In this document: one piece after another, positions 31,301 through 38,898 of the stretch
How positions within the stretch are numbered: the stretch's first letter is position 1
Layout: every line of letters starts with the position of its first letter
DNA from: Nostoc sp. DedSLP01
Lineage (GTDB): Bacteria; Cyanobacteriota; Cyanobacteriia; Cyanobacteriales; Nostocaceae
NCBI GenBank assembly: GCA_034530875.2
Contig: JAVRCJ020000012.1
Location: 128,001 to 192,000, forward strand
DNA: 64,000 nucleotides
Direction of reading: 5' to 3'
The notes under the pieces: model-generated
Told to the model about the DNA's origin: nothing
What the model saw: the letters and a program-made list of their open reading frames with translations, nothing else
Databases searched by the model: none
Translations under genes and position numbers: made by a program

Positions 31301-31349
31301 CGGACGAGGTACAGAGTTTGTCATTAAAATTTCTACTCAACAAAGTTAG
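25389..31349 (+). CDS. Hybrid Ser/Thr kinase - AAA ATPase - GAF - PAS - histidine kinase (HstK-like)
   Basis: HKDIKPAN/DFS kinase; Walker A GFSGIGKT and IFIDDLQW; GAF (GILYLENN); PAS; H-box AHEINNP; G-box GKGTGLGL. Confidence 0.93.
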   Translation: MNTAIEPIAKLLNYDITEELYTSFRTLVYRAIREDDRLPVIIKVLHQEYPTFSELLQFRNQYTIAKNLDLPSIVRPYSLEPYRNSYALVMEDFGGISLREWMKTAMEGNPDYLGFLDIAIALSEILDGLYRHRVIHKDIKPANILINPQTKEVKLIDFSIASLLPRESQEIQNPNVLEGTLVYLSPEQTGRMNRSIDYRSDYYSLGITFYELLTGQLPFESNDLMELVHCHIAKQPPILGSGQGGEIPQALCDIVMKLMAKNAEQRYQSALGLKHDLEVCRRQLIETGQIETFELGKRDICDRFIIPEKLYGRQAEVETLLDGFERVSQGNTEIMLVAGFSGIGKTAVVNEVHKPIVRQRGYFIKGKFDQFQRNIPFSAFVQAFRDLMTQLLSESDAQLEQWKSKVLKALGENGQVMIEVIPELESLIGKQPPAPELSASAAQNRFNLLFLKFTQVFAAPEHPLVIFIDDLQWADSASLKLMQLLMSEAEIGYLLLIGAYRDNEVNPAHPLLLTLDEIQKIGATVNTITLAALERLSVNHLVADTLSCSLELAAPLADLVLAKTKGNPFFCTQFLKALHQDRLITFNPSQSHASCYNGGDPRKALAPLGKGGSPGGWECDLVQVRSLALSDDVVEFMAIQLQKLPKQTQEVLKLAACVGNQFDLTTLAIVHEKSEVETAATFWKAVQDGLIIPINEVYKFYQEESEFKTQNSKTRIHNYANCSYKFLHDRVQQAAYSLIPESQKQATHLKIGQLLLKSTPIEAIEANIFDIVNQLNQGIDIIEEQSQRYELAELNLIAGKKAKASTAYKAAVKYFTLGRELLTADSWDTHYQLTFKLYREAGECEYLIGNFNQTEKLFEIALERSQDKFHQAEIYGIQMYLKMTQGENIEAGFTCGLKGLSIMGMDLPVTAQEQEAAIETQLKELKAKLLGIRPADLFDLPDMTDPIKKVCMSLLADLWAAAYMGGHQNLSSLIPLLMINLSLSYGNAESSGFAYCLYGMSLANQGDYQTAYQFGKLAMKLDRHFNSTQFIPKTNNIFAHTVNPYNQHLKTNLPISGQSFQVAQETGNLVFGVWAVSFYIWAMLIKGDRLSDVYTETEKYLSYVQQVNDANMLYAFSLQRQFLLSLQGISKNTDFLDNHNDRDIPYIEVWRQKHNFEHGINWYCFLKIQLSYLYGRYTDALDAAQEAQETLPANSGFFPIIQYHFYYPLALAAVYPNATSNEKKQYWEIMQQQQQIQKNWAHNCPKNFLHRYLLLSAEMARISGKYMNAIELYDCAIAKAKKNEYINEEALANELAAKFYLEWGKERIAQEYLINAYYCYARWDAKAKIDDLEQRYPQLLAPILQQTRSPFVPSQTITPADSLGLTTLHPSMSQSATSSSNVSLMLDMTSVLKASQTLSSEIELEKLLSKLLKVAIENAGADKCALLLLKEDKLVVEATAEVGQQSTVLQSIPLEESTDVPRSLIYAVKRNLKPTVIVDIAMYATLIADPYIMRQQPKSLLCMPILHQTKLLGILYLENNLATGAFTSDRVEILNLLCTQVAISLENARLYQQAQTTLKNLGQTEEFLRLIIDNIPQCVFWKDRNSLYLGCNRNFAEASGVKTPENVVGKTDYELSWTREESDWYVKCDRRVMESGQAELNIIETLQQPDGKQIWINTSKIPLRDKDGNVFGILGTSEDITARQEAEHLLQQQKQQLEQAFQELQRIQLQLVQSEKMSALGNLVAGVAHEINNPIGFIAGNIEPAKDYVKDLFGLINLYQEKFPRPGSEIEDEIHAMDLNYLREDLPKLLDSMKLGVSRIRGISNSLRTFSRADQDYKVPFDIHEGIDSTILILRHRLKANENRPGIEIIKDYGQLPLVECFAGQLNQVFMNLLANAIDALEEYNSGRSLEEILANPNYIKIQTDIDESGNNVFIKIADNGVGMSPEVQQKVFDHLFTTKPVGKGTGLGLAIARQIIVEGHGGSLSCTSEYGRGTEFVIKISTQQS
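27149..27236. repeat. Nested small dispersed repeats inserted in frame inside the kinase CDS
   Basis: 27164-27206 is nearly identical to intergenic 22403-22445 and sits inside a C-rich/G-rich palindromic repeat. Confidence 0.75.
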
Positions 31350-31595
31350 AGCAGAATACACTGTTTATAAAACTCTATCCATCAAGCGAAAAGTTACAGT
31401 ACCGAAATTCCAAGATGGCTTTGCTATCGCTAGGTTACTAAACTTTTCAAGACACGGATAGAGTTTTAATTAGCAATAATATTCAAATTTATTTAGTCCA
31501 AAAAATTTAATTTTTAAAGTTACTATTAAATTGCATTTTTTAGTAATTATTTTAATTTATTAATTGTATTTTTTTAACTATAGTAAGGAGAGCCA

Positions 31596-33503
31596 ATGAG
31601 GATATTTAAATCATGGAAATATTGGTTGAAAAGAAACCAGAAAAAGTATGCAAAAACTGCTAAAGAATACTACTCGCGAAATCTATTATTAGTATCGCTT
31701 GTGTTAATACTCTCAATTAGTATTAGCGCTACCGCGATTACTAGTTACAAGTTTGTTAAAGGATTATTGCTCGACAGCCTCAAACAACAAGCACTGTTAA
31801 AAGCACAACAAGGTGAGGATGATATTGATAACTGGTTAGCCATTCGTAAGACAGAAATTAAGACTTTGGCTAATTCTGTTGTAGTGCGATCGCTAGATTG
31901 GTCATTGATGGAACCTTACTTGCAGTCGGAGTTGAAGCGCCTGCAAACTTTTTTGCTTATGGCGTTGGCTACACCAGATGCCACCTTAATGAATACTCAA
32001 GGAAGCCGTCTTAATGTTGAAGACCGAGAATTTTTTCAGCGGAGTATAAAAGGTGAAACGATAGCAGCCGATCCAATTATTGGACGCACAACCAATCAGT
32101 TACAGATTCAAATTAGTTCGCCAATTCCTGACAAAACAGGGACAAAGCCAGCAGGCGTACTAATGGGAGGAATTCCGATTAACCGAGTAATTCAGGTAGT
32201 CAACAATTTACATCAAGGTAAGGGTAGCTATGCTTTTGCCCTCAATTCTCAAGGAGTTCCCATCGTCCATCCCGACACGCAACTCATCGGCACGCCCGAA
32301 AGAGCTGCTCAGAGTTTCCTTAATTCTCCCAATCCCAGATTAGCTGCAATTGCTCGACGAATGGTGGCTAAAAAAACAAATATTGAATTAGCTCAAATAG
32401 ATGGCAAGTGGAACTATGTTGCTTATACTCCGCTGAGAGAGGCAAATTGGTCGATCGCTTTGATTGTGCCACAAGAAAATATTGAATCGCCATTGCAAGC
32501 GTTGAATATCTTGGCTACGGTTCTGGGAGGATTGCTAGTGGTTGGTTTGATTAGTGCATGGCGCCAGTTGCAACTATATGAAGAGATTCGGGAACGAGCC
32601 TTAATTTCCAGCCAGCAGGCGCAGCAACTCAGTAAAACCCTCAGAGAATTGCAAAATACCCAAGCTCAACTCATCCACACCGAAAAAATGTCTAGCTTGG
32701 GACAAATGGTTGCTGGAGTGGCACACGAAATCAATAATCCTGCGAATTTTATTCATGCTAACCTCAACCATGCCAGCGAATACACCCAAGATATCCTTGA
32801 TTTGCTCAAGCTTTACCAACAAACCTATCCAAATCCGACACCAGAAATTAGCGATCGCGCCCAAGACCTTGATATTGAGTTTCTAGCAGAAGATTTACCC
32901 AAACTAATTACATCGATGGAAGTGGGAACCAAGCGCATTCGTCAAATTGTGCTGTCTCTGCGTAATTTTTCCCGCCTCGACGAAGCAGACATGAAATTAG
33001 TAGATATCCATGAAGGATTAGACAACACTCTCATGGTTCTCAACCATCGCCTGACAGCTACAACCGAACGCCCAGAAATTCAAATTATTAAGAAATACGG
33101 CAATTTACCCCAAGTAGAATGTTATGCAGGACAACTCAATCAAGTATTTATGAATGTGCTGGTCAATGCCATCGATGCATTAGAAACAGCTAGCGAAGAA
33201 CGCAATTTAGAGGAACTAAAAAATAATCCCAATCATATTAGGATTCAAACCCAAATCGATAAGTCAAATCATAACGCGATCGTTCAAATTTACGATAATG
33301 GTATTGGGATGACAGAGGATGTCAAACAACGGGTATTTGACCACATGTTTACTACTAAACCTGTAGGTAAAGGAATTGGTTTAGGAATGGCGATCGCTTA
33401 TCAAATTGTCGTAGAAAAACATGCAGGAAGTATTGAAGTTGATTCTATTCCAGGACGCGAGACAGAATTTACAATTCGTATTCCTTTAACAAGTAAAAAG
33501 TAA
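31596..33503 (+). CDS. Cache-domain membrane sensor histidine kinase
   Basis: Two TM helices around a dCache-like domain (YAFALNSQG..IVHPD, YTPL..ANWSIALIVP); AHEINNP; HATPase domain. Confidence 0.9.
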   Translation: MRIFKSWKYWLKRNQKKYAKTAKEYYSRNLLLVSLVLILSISISATAITSYKFVKGLLLDSLKQQALLKAQQGEDDIDNWLAIRKTEIKTLANSVVVRSLDWSLMEPYLQSELKRLQTFLLMALATPDATLMNTQGSRLNVEDREFFQRSIKGETIAADPIIGRTTNQLQIQISSPIPDKTGTKPAGVLMGGIPINRVIQVVNNLHQGKGSYAFALNSQGVPIVHPDTQLIGTPERAAQSFLNSPNPRLAAIARRMVAKKTNIELAQIDGKWNYVAYTPLREANWSIALIVPQENIESPLQALNILATVLGGLLVVGLISAWRQLQLYEEIRERALISSQQAQQLSKTLRELQNTQAQLIHTEKMSSLGQMVAGVAHEINNPANFIHANLNHASEYTQDILDLLKLYQQTYPNPTPEISDRAQDLDIEFLAEDLPKLITSMEVGTKRIRQIVLSLRNFSRLDEADMKLVDIHEGLDNTLMVLNHRLTATTERPEIQIIKKYGNLPQVECYAGQLNQVFMNVLVNAIDALETASEERNLEELKNNPNHIRIQTQIDKSNHNAIVQIYDNGIGMTEDVKQRVFDHMFTTKPVGKGIGLGMAIAYQIVVEKHAGSIEVDSIPGRETEFTIRIPLTSKK

Positions 33504-33704
33504 TTTTTCATCTCAAATCTCAAAATGTTACGTTCCCCGGCAACATAGCATTCTCCCTTTCGATAAGGTAGGTACACCAAACTTGGCATTCCTATAAATT
33601 TCTATATCTCATGTAATTGGCAAGCGTTATATACTTGAAGAAAGTTGATTTATAATTTGCATCTGCTCTACATAACAGCTAAGACATCAACTCTTTGAGG
33701 TGAT

Positions 33705-34343
33705 ATGCTTTTAAAACTGCAACAAATTGTTGTTAAACCCGGTCAACAAATGTTACTCCAAGATATTAGTTGGCAGCAGTTAGAAAATATTTTAGAAGAA
33801 ATGGGAGAAAGGCGTGCTGCACGCATTTCTTATAGTGATGGTTGGTTAGAAATTATGGTTCCTCTACCAGAACACGAAAAAGATAAAGAAAGTATTGGTG
33901 AGTTAGTAAGAATTTTATTAGACAAACTCGAAATTGATTTTGAACCTTTTGGTTCTACAACACTTAAAAATGAGCGAATGCGCCAAGCAGTAGAACCAGA
34001 TACTAGTTTTTATATTCAAAATCAAGCTGCTGTAATTGGCAAAAATCGTATAGATTTAAATATCGATCCGCCCCCAGATTTAGCAATTGAAATTGATATT
34101 ACTTCCCGCACTCGATTTGATAATTATGCAATTTTGGGAGTTCCTGAACTGTGGCGACATACACGACAAGGTTTAGAAATTTCCTTATTAAAAGATGGAA
34201 AGTATATCAAATCTGAATCTAGCCCTAATTTTCCCGATATCCCAATTATTCAATTAGTGAATGAATATGTGCAGCAGTGTTTAACAATTGGCAGAAGTCA
34301 AGCTATGCGTAATTTTAGAAATTGGGTTAAAGATAATTTATAG
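33705..34343 (+). CDS. Uma2 family endonuclease (DUF820)
   Basis: ISWQQLE, LEIMVPLPEHE, EPD, PPDLAIEIDITS and LGVPELW. Confidence 0.9.
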   Translation: MLLKLQQIVVKPGQQMLLQDISWQQLENILEEMGERRAARISYSDGWLEIMVPLPEHEKDKESIGELVRILLDKLEIDFEPFGSTTLKNERMRQAVEPDTSFYIQNQAAVIGKNRIDLNIDPPPDLAIEIDITSRTRFDNYAILGVPELWRHTRQGLEISLLKDGKYIKSESSPNFPDIPIIQLVNEYVQQCLTIGRSQAMRNFRNWVKDNL

Positions 34344-34389
34344 GCATTTTGAATTATTATTCAACGCTTTTTGAAAAAGGCGATCGCTC

Positions 34390-35175
34390 ATGACTACCGA
34401 AAACAACCCAACAACCATTGTAGACTGGGAACACCCCACACCACCTACAGATTTAATTTTTGATGACGGAGAACCCTTGGAATCAAATCGCCACCGTATT
34501 GCGATGAATGTCCTGATTCGATCATTGCAACAAGCTTGGGGCGATCGCAATGATTTCTTCACTGGCGGGAACATGTTTATTTATTACAGTAGCGCCCAGG
34601 TTCGTAACCAAGATTTCCGCGGCCCCGATTTTTTTGTTGTCCTCAATGTCGATGGGACTAATTCTCGCCAAGGTTGGGTAGTGTGGGAAGAAAACGGTCG
34701 TTATCCTGATGTAATTGTAGAATTAATGTCACCATCAACAGCCAAAATAGATAAGACTGTTAAGAAAGACCTTTACGAACAAACTTTTCATACTTCAGAT
34801 TATTTTGTCTACGATCCCTTTGACCCAACTTCTTTGCAAGGGTGGCATTTAGATGGTAATCAGCAATATCAATCTTTGACACCGAATGAACGTGGTTGGC
34901 TGTGGTGTCAAAAGTTAGGCTTATGGTTAGGTACTTGGGAAGAAACAATAGACAGAGAAACGGCGATATGGTTGCGGTTTTATGATGTGGCTGGCAATTT
35001 GATTTTGTTACCAGACGAAGCCGCAGTTGCACGGGCGGAAATTGCTGTTGCACAAGCACAAGCCGCAGTTGCACAAGCCGAAGCTGCTGGTGTACGAGAA
35101 GAAGCCGCAGCTGCAAAAGCGGCTCGTTTAGCAGCTAGATTAAGAGAGTTGGGTGAAAATCCAGATATATTGTGA
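34390..35175 (+). CDS. Uma2 family endonuclease with Ala-rich coiled-coil tail
   Basis: DDGEPLES..H, GPDFFVV, PDVIVELMSPST and YFVYDP; tail ends RLAARLRELGENP. Confidence 0.9.
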   Translation: MTTENNPTTIVDWEHPTPPTDLIFDDGEPLESNRHRIAMNVLIRSLQQAWGDRNDFFTGGNMFIYYSSAQVRNQDFRGPDFFVVLNVDGTNSRQGWVVWEENGRYPDVIVELMSPSTAKIDKTVKKDLYEQTFHTSDYFVYDPFDPTSLQGWHLDGNQQYQSLTPNERGWLWCQKLGLWLGTWEETIDRETAIWLRFYDVAGNLILLPDEAAVARAEIAVAQAQAAVAQAEAAGVREEAAAAKAARLAARLRELGENPDIL

Positions 35176-35274
35176 GTAATTTTGGCTTTTTTGATTTGAA
35201 CTAATACCACAAGTGCCAAGTGTGTGAATTTTTGTGAGTTTTTTGGCGATACCTGGGTTGGGCTAGGTCATCTG

Positions 35275-35526
35275 TTAATTTCTCGCTGTGGGATTTGCTT
35301 GTAACCAGTTAAGTAAATCCTCAATCGCTGTAAAATCTAATAAAGCCTCTGCCAGTGCTTCTAGCTGCTCTAGAGATAGAGCTTGAATGCGCGCTCGAAC
35401 TTCTTCTGGGAACACTCCTACCCGTCTTTGTAGTTGCCGTAGCACAAGAGTTTGCTCACCTTCCTGTTTGCCTTCTTCCTTCCCACGCTCGTAACCAATG
35501 CGTTCGCCTGTGGTAATGTAGCTCAT
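35275..35526 (-). CDS. Putative intragenic small protein (RpnS-like antitoxin), 83 aa
   Basis: In-frame ATG (MSYITTGERIG...) preceded 6 nt upstream by AGGAG. Confidence 0.5.
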   Translation of the reverse strand: MSYITTGERIGYERGKEEGKQEGEQTLVLRQLQRRVGVFPEEVRARIQALSLEQLEALAEALLDFTAIEDLLNWLQANPTARN

Positions 35527-36249
35527 GGTCTGCTCCTGCTCAAATTGTTTAAACTCTTGCCAAAATTCTGCTTCTAAGGCTTTTGGTAAAATCATAACCC
35601 AATCAATAAATCGATACAGGTTACGAATATCTGTTTCTGGCAAGCCTAATTCATACAAACGCCGAATCAAACTAAATTTCCAAGTTTTACGTTCTCCAAG
35701 TTTTTTAGTTGTCTGTTGCGTTTTCAAATGCGCCATTACTACTGTTGCAAATGGGTTGTCGCTGGCTTCTAATTCTTGCCAACGGTTTTGATAATCTAAA
35801 AGCTTTACGATGCCAAATTGAAAGTTAAGCCTGGTATTAGGGTAACTATAACTATATTGGTTTGGTCGCCATGTCGGATCGGCATCGCACAAAATCGCCA
35901 AACTTATGGCAGGTTTACCAAATCTATCAAAAATTCGTAGGTTATAAGAAAACATTCTTTCGCTAAAAGTGTCTTCTGATGTGGCTTGAATTTCTACATG
36001 GATTAATAGCCAAATTTCTTGTCCTTGAGTTTGCCAAACTTTGACTAATTTATCTGCATATCGCCGACCAACTTCTGCTTCGCGGGCAATTTGTTGAAAT
36101 TCCTTATCGAGAAATTCGTGAGGACGTTGCCAATTAATTAATGCTGCTGTTTCAGGAAAGAAAAATCGCATTGCTTGAGGAAAGTAAGCTTCTAAAATCT
36201 CTTTCCAGGGGCTATCGTTGTCTGCTCTTTCTAGTTTTGACGAATTCAT
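35275..36249 (-). CDS. Rpn/YadD-like PD-(D/E)XK nuclease with C-terminal DUF4351-like domain
   Basis: DSPWKEILE, FLDKEF, RYADKLVKV, LIHVEIQ and ERMFSYN; C-terminal 'LSLEQLEALAEALLDF...DLLNWL'. Confidence 0.85.
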   Translation of the reverse strand: MNSSKLERADNDSPWKEILEAYFPQAMRFFFPETAALINWQRPHEFLDKEFQQIAREAEVGRRYADKLVKVWQTQGQEIWLLIHVEIQATSEDTFSERMFSYNLRIFDRFGKPAISLAILCDADPTWRPNQYSYSYPNTRLNFQFGIVKLLDYQNRWQELEASDNPFATVVMAHLKTQQTTKKLGERKTWKFSLIRRLYELGLPETDIRNLYRFIDWVMILPKALEAEFWQEFKQFEQEQTMSYITTGERIGYERGKEEGKQEGEQTLVLRQLQRRVGVFPEEVRARIQALSLEQLEALAEALLDFTAIEDLLNWLQANPTARN

Positions 36250-36533
36250 ACTGGCGATGGTAATCAGCAATTATCAAAAAATTAATTATCAGAACTAATC
36301 CCACAAATGCCTACTGTATAAATTGTTTTTTTCGTTTTTTAGCGATACCTGCACATTGAGGTTTTAAAAGACGAAGGTCGGACTGTTTTAATTGAATTAG
36401 ACGTCATATCGCCTATGTAAATTTCCGGAAATTTCTTCAAGATTTTTACAAAAACTCGTAATAATCAGTAGAAGCAGGAGCCATCGCTCTCAAAAATAGC
36501 TGCAAAATCAAAATTTACCCAATTCCCAAGCCG

Positions 36534-37316
36534 CTAACTCGAAGCGCTGGTATAAAACCGCAACGCAAACCGCCAAAACCAAGTAGAAAACAAAAATAAT
36601 ACTGCTGCTAATCCTCCCGCACCTATTAACCAGGTAATTTCAGTTCGACCTAGCATCGCTTGGGCTGGTATTGTAGTTAAAAAAGTCACTGGTACGATAA
36701 ACGTGAAGAAAAAGCGATACATAGTTGGATAAGCTGTAATTGGATATCTTCCTGCTTCTAATAAACTACGTAATACTTCAGTGACATTGTATATTTTTAC
36801 AAACCAAATAGTCATGGAGCCAAGTATAAACCACAGGCTATATAGGATCGCCAAGCCAAAAAATAACGGTACTAAACTGAGTAGATATTTATCTATTCCT
36901 ATGCTGAGACGTTGACCTGCATAGCCAATGATGATGCAGCCAAAAATTAAATCCGGTAGTCCCCAAGGTGAAATGGTGTGCGTGGAAAGCCAAAACTGAC
37001 TGCGAATAGGTTTCAATAATATAAAATCAAGAGTACCTTCTCGGACATGGTGAACAATGTTATTCAAGTTAGGTGCGAGAAAGGTAGCAGAAAACCCTTG
37101 CAATAAAGTAAAAATTCCTAAAACTACTAAAGCTGCTTCCCATGACCAGCCAGCAAAGGTGTAGCCGGTACGGTAAAACAAAAATAGCCCAAAGACGCTG
37201 CCAACAAGATTTCCCAAGCTGCTGAGGGTAGCTATGAGAAAATTAATGCGATATTCCAACTCAGCTGCGATGGACGTACTCCAAAATAGTCTTAATACTT
37301 TCCAATATCTTTGCAT
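36534..37316 (-). CDS. ABC-2 type transporter permease (DUF990-like)
   Basis: 'ELEYRINF', 'VREGTLDFILLKP', 'GRYPITAYP' and C-terminal 'YTSASS'; about six TM helices. Confidence 0.88.
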   Translation of the reverse strand: MQRYWKVLRLFWSTSIAAELEYRINFLIATLSSLGNLVGSVFGLFLFYRTGYTFAGWSWEAALVVLGIFTLLQGFSATFLAPNLNNIVHHVREGTLDFILLKPIRSQFWLSTHTISPWGLPDLIFGCIIIGYAGQRLSIGIDKYLLSLVPLFFGLAILYSLWFILGSMTIWFVKIYNVTEVLRSLLEAGRYPITAYPTMYRFFFTFIVPVTFLTTIPAQAMLGRTEITWLIGAGGLAAVLFLFSTWFWRFALRFYTSASS

Positions 37317-37449
37317 CTTGCATCCTTTAAGTGATATCGACTAGAAAATAACAAAAGAACTTTACAAAAATTTAATATTACTTTTTATTCTATAAAATTG
37401 CTGAACGTTAAGATGTTGTGGATCTATATATTCAAAGCTCAGAAATTTT

Positions 37450-38061
37450 ATGCATCTGGATTTACAAGAACTGATTCGATCGCTTGGTTACTTTGGCGTG
37501 TGGGCAATTATCTTTGCTGAATCTGGCTTGTTAATTGGTTTTTTCCTGCCTGGGGATAGTTTATTATTCACTGCTGGATTTCTCGCATCTGTTCCTACAT
37601 CAGAACTTAACATTTGGGTTTTGATTTTTGGTGCTTTTGTTTGTGCAGTCATTGGCGATAATGTTGGCTATGCTACAGGACACAGATTTGGCAGAAAATT
37701 ATTTCAAAAAGAAGATTCATGGTTGTTTCACAAAAAACATTTGGAAAAAACCCAGAATTTTTATGAGAAACATGGCAAAAAAACAATTGTTTTGGCGCGG
37801 TTTACACCAATTATTCGGACTTTTGCGCCGATTGTAGCAGGTATTGGTGCTATGCATTATCGAACATTTATGTCTTATAACTTAATCGGTGGCTTTCTTT
37901 GGACATTTGGAATCACTCTATTAGGGTTTTTCTTAGGAAAATCCTTACCTGCCGAACAGGTAGATAAATATTTGTTACCAATTATTGGATTAATTATAGT
38001 TATTTCCTTAGCACCATCAATTATTCATCTTATCCAAGAAAATAGAGCTAGCAAACGTTGA
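37450..38061 (+). CDS. dedA: DedA family membrane protein
   Basis: FAESGLLIGFFLPGDSLLFTAG, GDNVGY and ARFTPIIRTFAP. Confidence 0.9.
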   Translation: MHLDLQELIRSLGYFGVWAIIFAESGLLIGFFLPGDSLLFTAGFLASVPTSELNIWVLIFGAFVCAVIGDNVGYATGHRFGRKLFQKEDSWLFHKKHLEKTQNFYEKHGKKTIVLARFTPIIRTFAPIVAGIGAMHYRTFMSYNLIGGFLWTFGITLLGFFLGKSLPAEQVDKYLLPIIGLIIVISLAPSIIHLIQENRASKR

Positions 38062-38149
38062 AAATATGTAGAATTGAGAATTTAGGAGTCAGAAGTTAGA
38101 TTCAAAATTAAAGGAAGCGTTTGGGTTTTTATACTACTGGCAAAATTCT

Positions 38150-38671
38150 ATGAATCTCTTAAACATCAACCTCTACTTATTTCTAGAAAATCTGATTTTT
38201 TTCGTAATTGCTACACTTTTCATTCTGGTTGTTTCCTGGGGCTGGAAAAACACGAAGGTCTATACTTTGCCTTTACCGTTTCCTGATTGGTATAAAATCT
38301 GGTTTGGCTCAATACAAGTATTAGGAATAGTATTGCCGTTAATAGTAATGCTATTGTGGGGTGTATGGTGGGGCGATCGCACCGTGTTAACTGTGCTTGG
38401 TTGGTATTCTATCGTATTAGTGTTGCAAATCATTTCTGAGACACTAGCTCTGAGAAAGTTGCAAAATGTAGTGTGGGTGATGGTTCCTTACATATACTTA
38501 CCGTACCGTTTCTGGCAATTATATGAGAGTTTAACAATTTTAGGATCTCAAACGAAATTGCTGTGGGTGCGATATTTGCTAATTTTTCTGTTGGTGCTGT
38601 GGATTATCAATTACCTTATAGACGTATCTCAATTACCACGCCTGTTTCGCTGGGAAATCGAGGAGAAATAA
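38150..38671 (+). CDS. Integral membrane hypothetical protein
   Basis: 173 aa with 4-5 hydrophobic helices. Confidence 0.75.
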   Translation: MNLLNINLYLFLENLIFFVIATLFILVVSWGWKNTKVYTLPLPFPDWYKIWFGSIQVLGIVLPLIVMLLWGVWWGDRTVLTVLGWYSIVLVLQIISETLALRKLQNVVWVMVPYIYLPYRFWQLYESLTILGSQTKLLWVRYLLIFLLVLWIINYLIDVSQLPRLFRWEIEEK

Positions 38672-38685
38672 ACATGAGGGGAACC

Positions 38686-38828
38686 AGGGAGTGTGGGAGG
38701 TGTGGGAGGTGTGGGGGGTGTGGGAGGTATGGGAGGATGGGGAAGAAATCTTTCCTCCCTCTCTCCCCACACTCCCCACACTTCCTCATGTCCCCCTCTC
38801 TCCCCATCTCCCCACCTCCCGACTCCCT
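38686..38828. repeat. G-rich/C-rich short tandem repeats in inverted arrangement
   Basis: (gtgtgggag)-like 9-mers followed by complementary ctccccaca-like units. Confidence 0.75.
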
Positions 38829-38898
38829 TTCCAGCGGTCAGAAACTCTCAAAACCTGATAGCGTCAAACAAAGGAAAATATCTTCTGGACGTTAGAGT

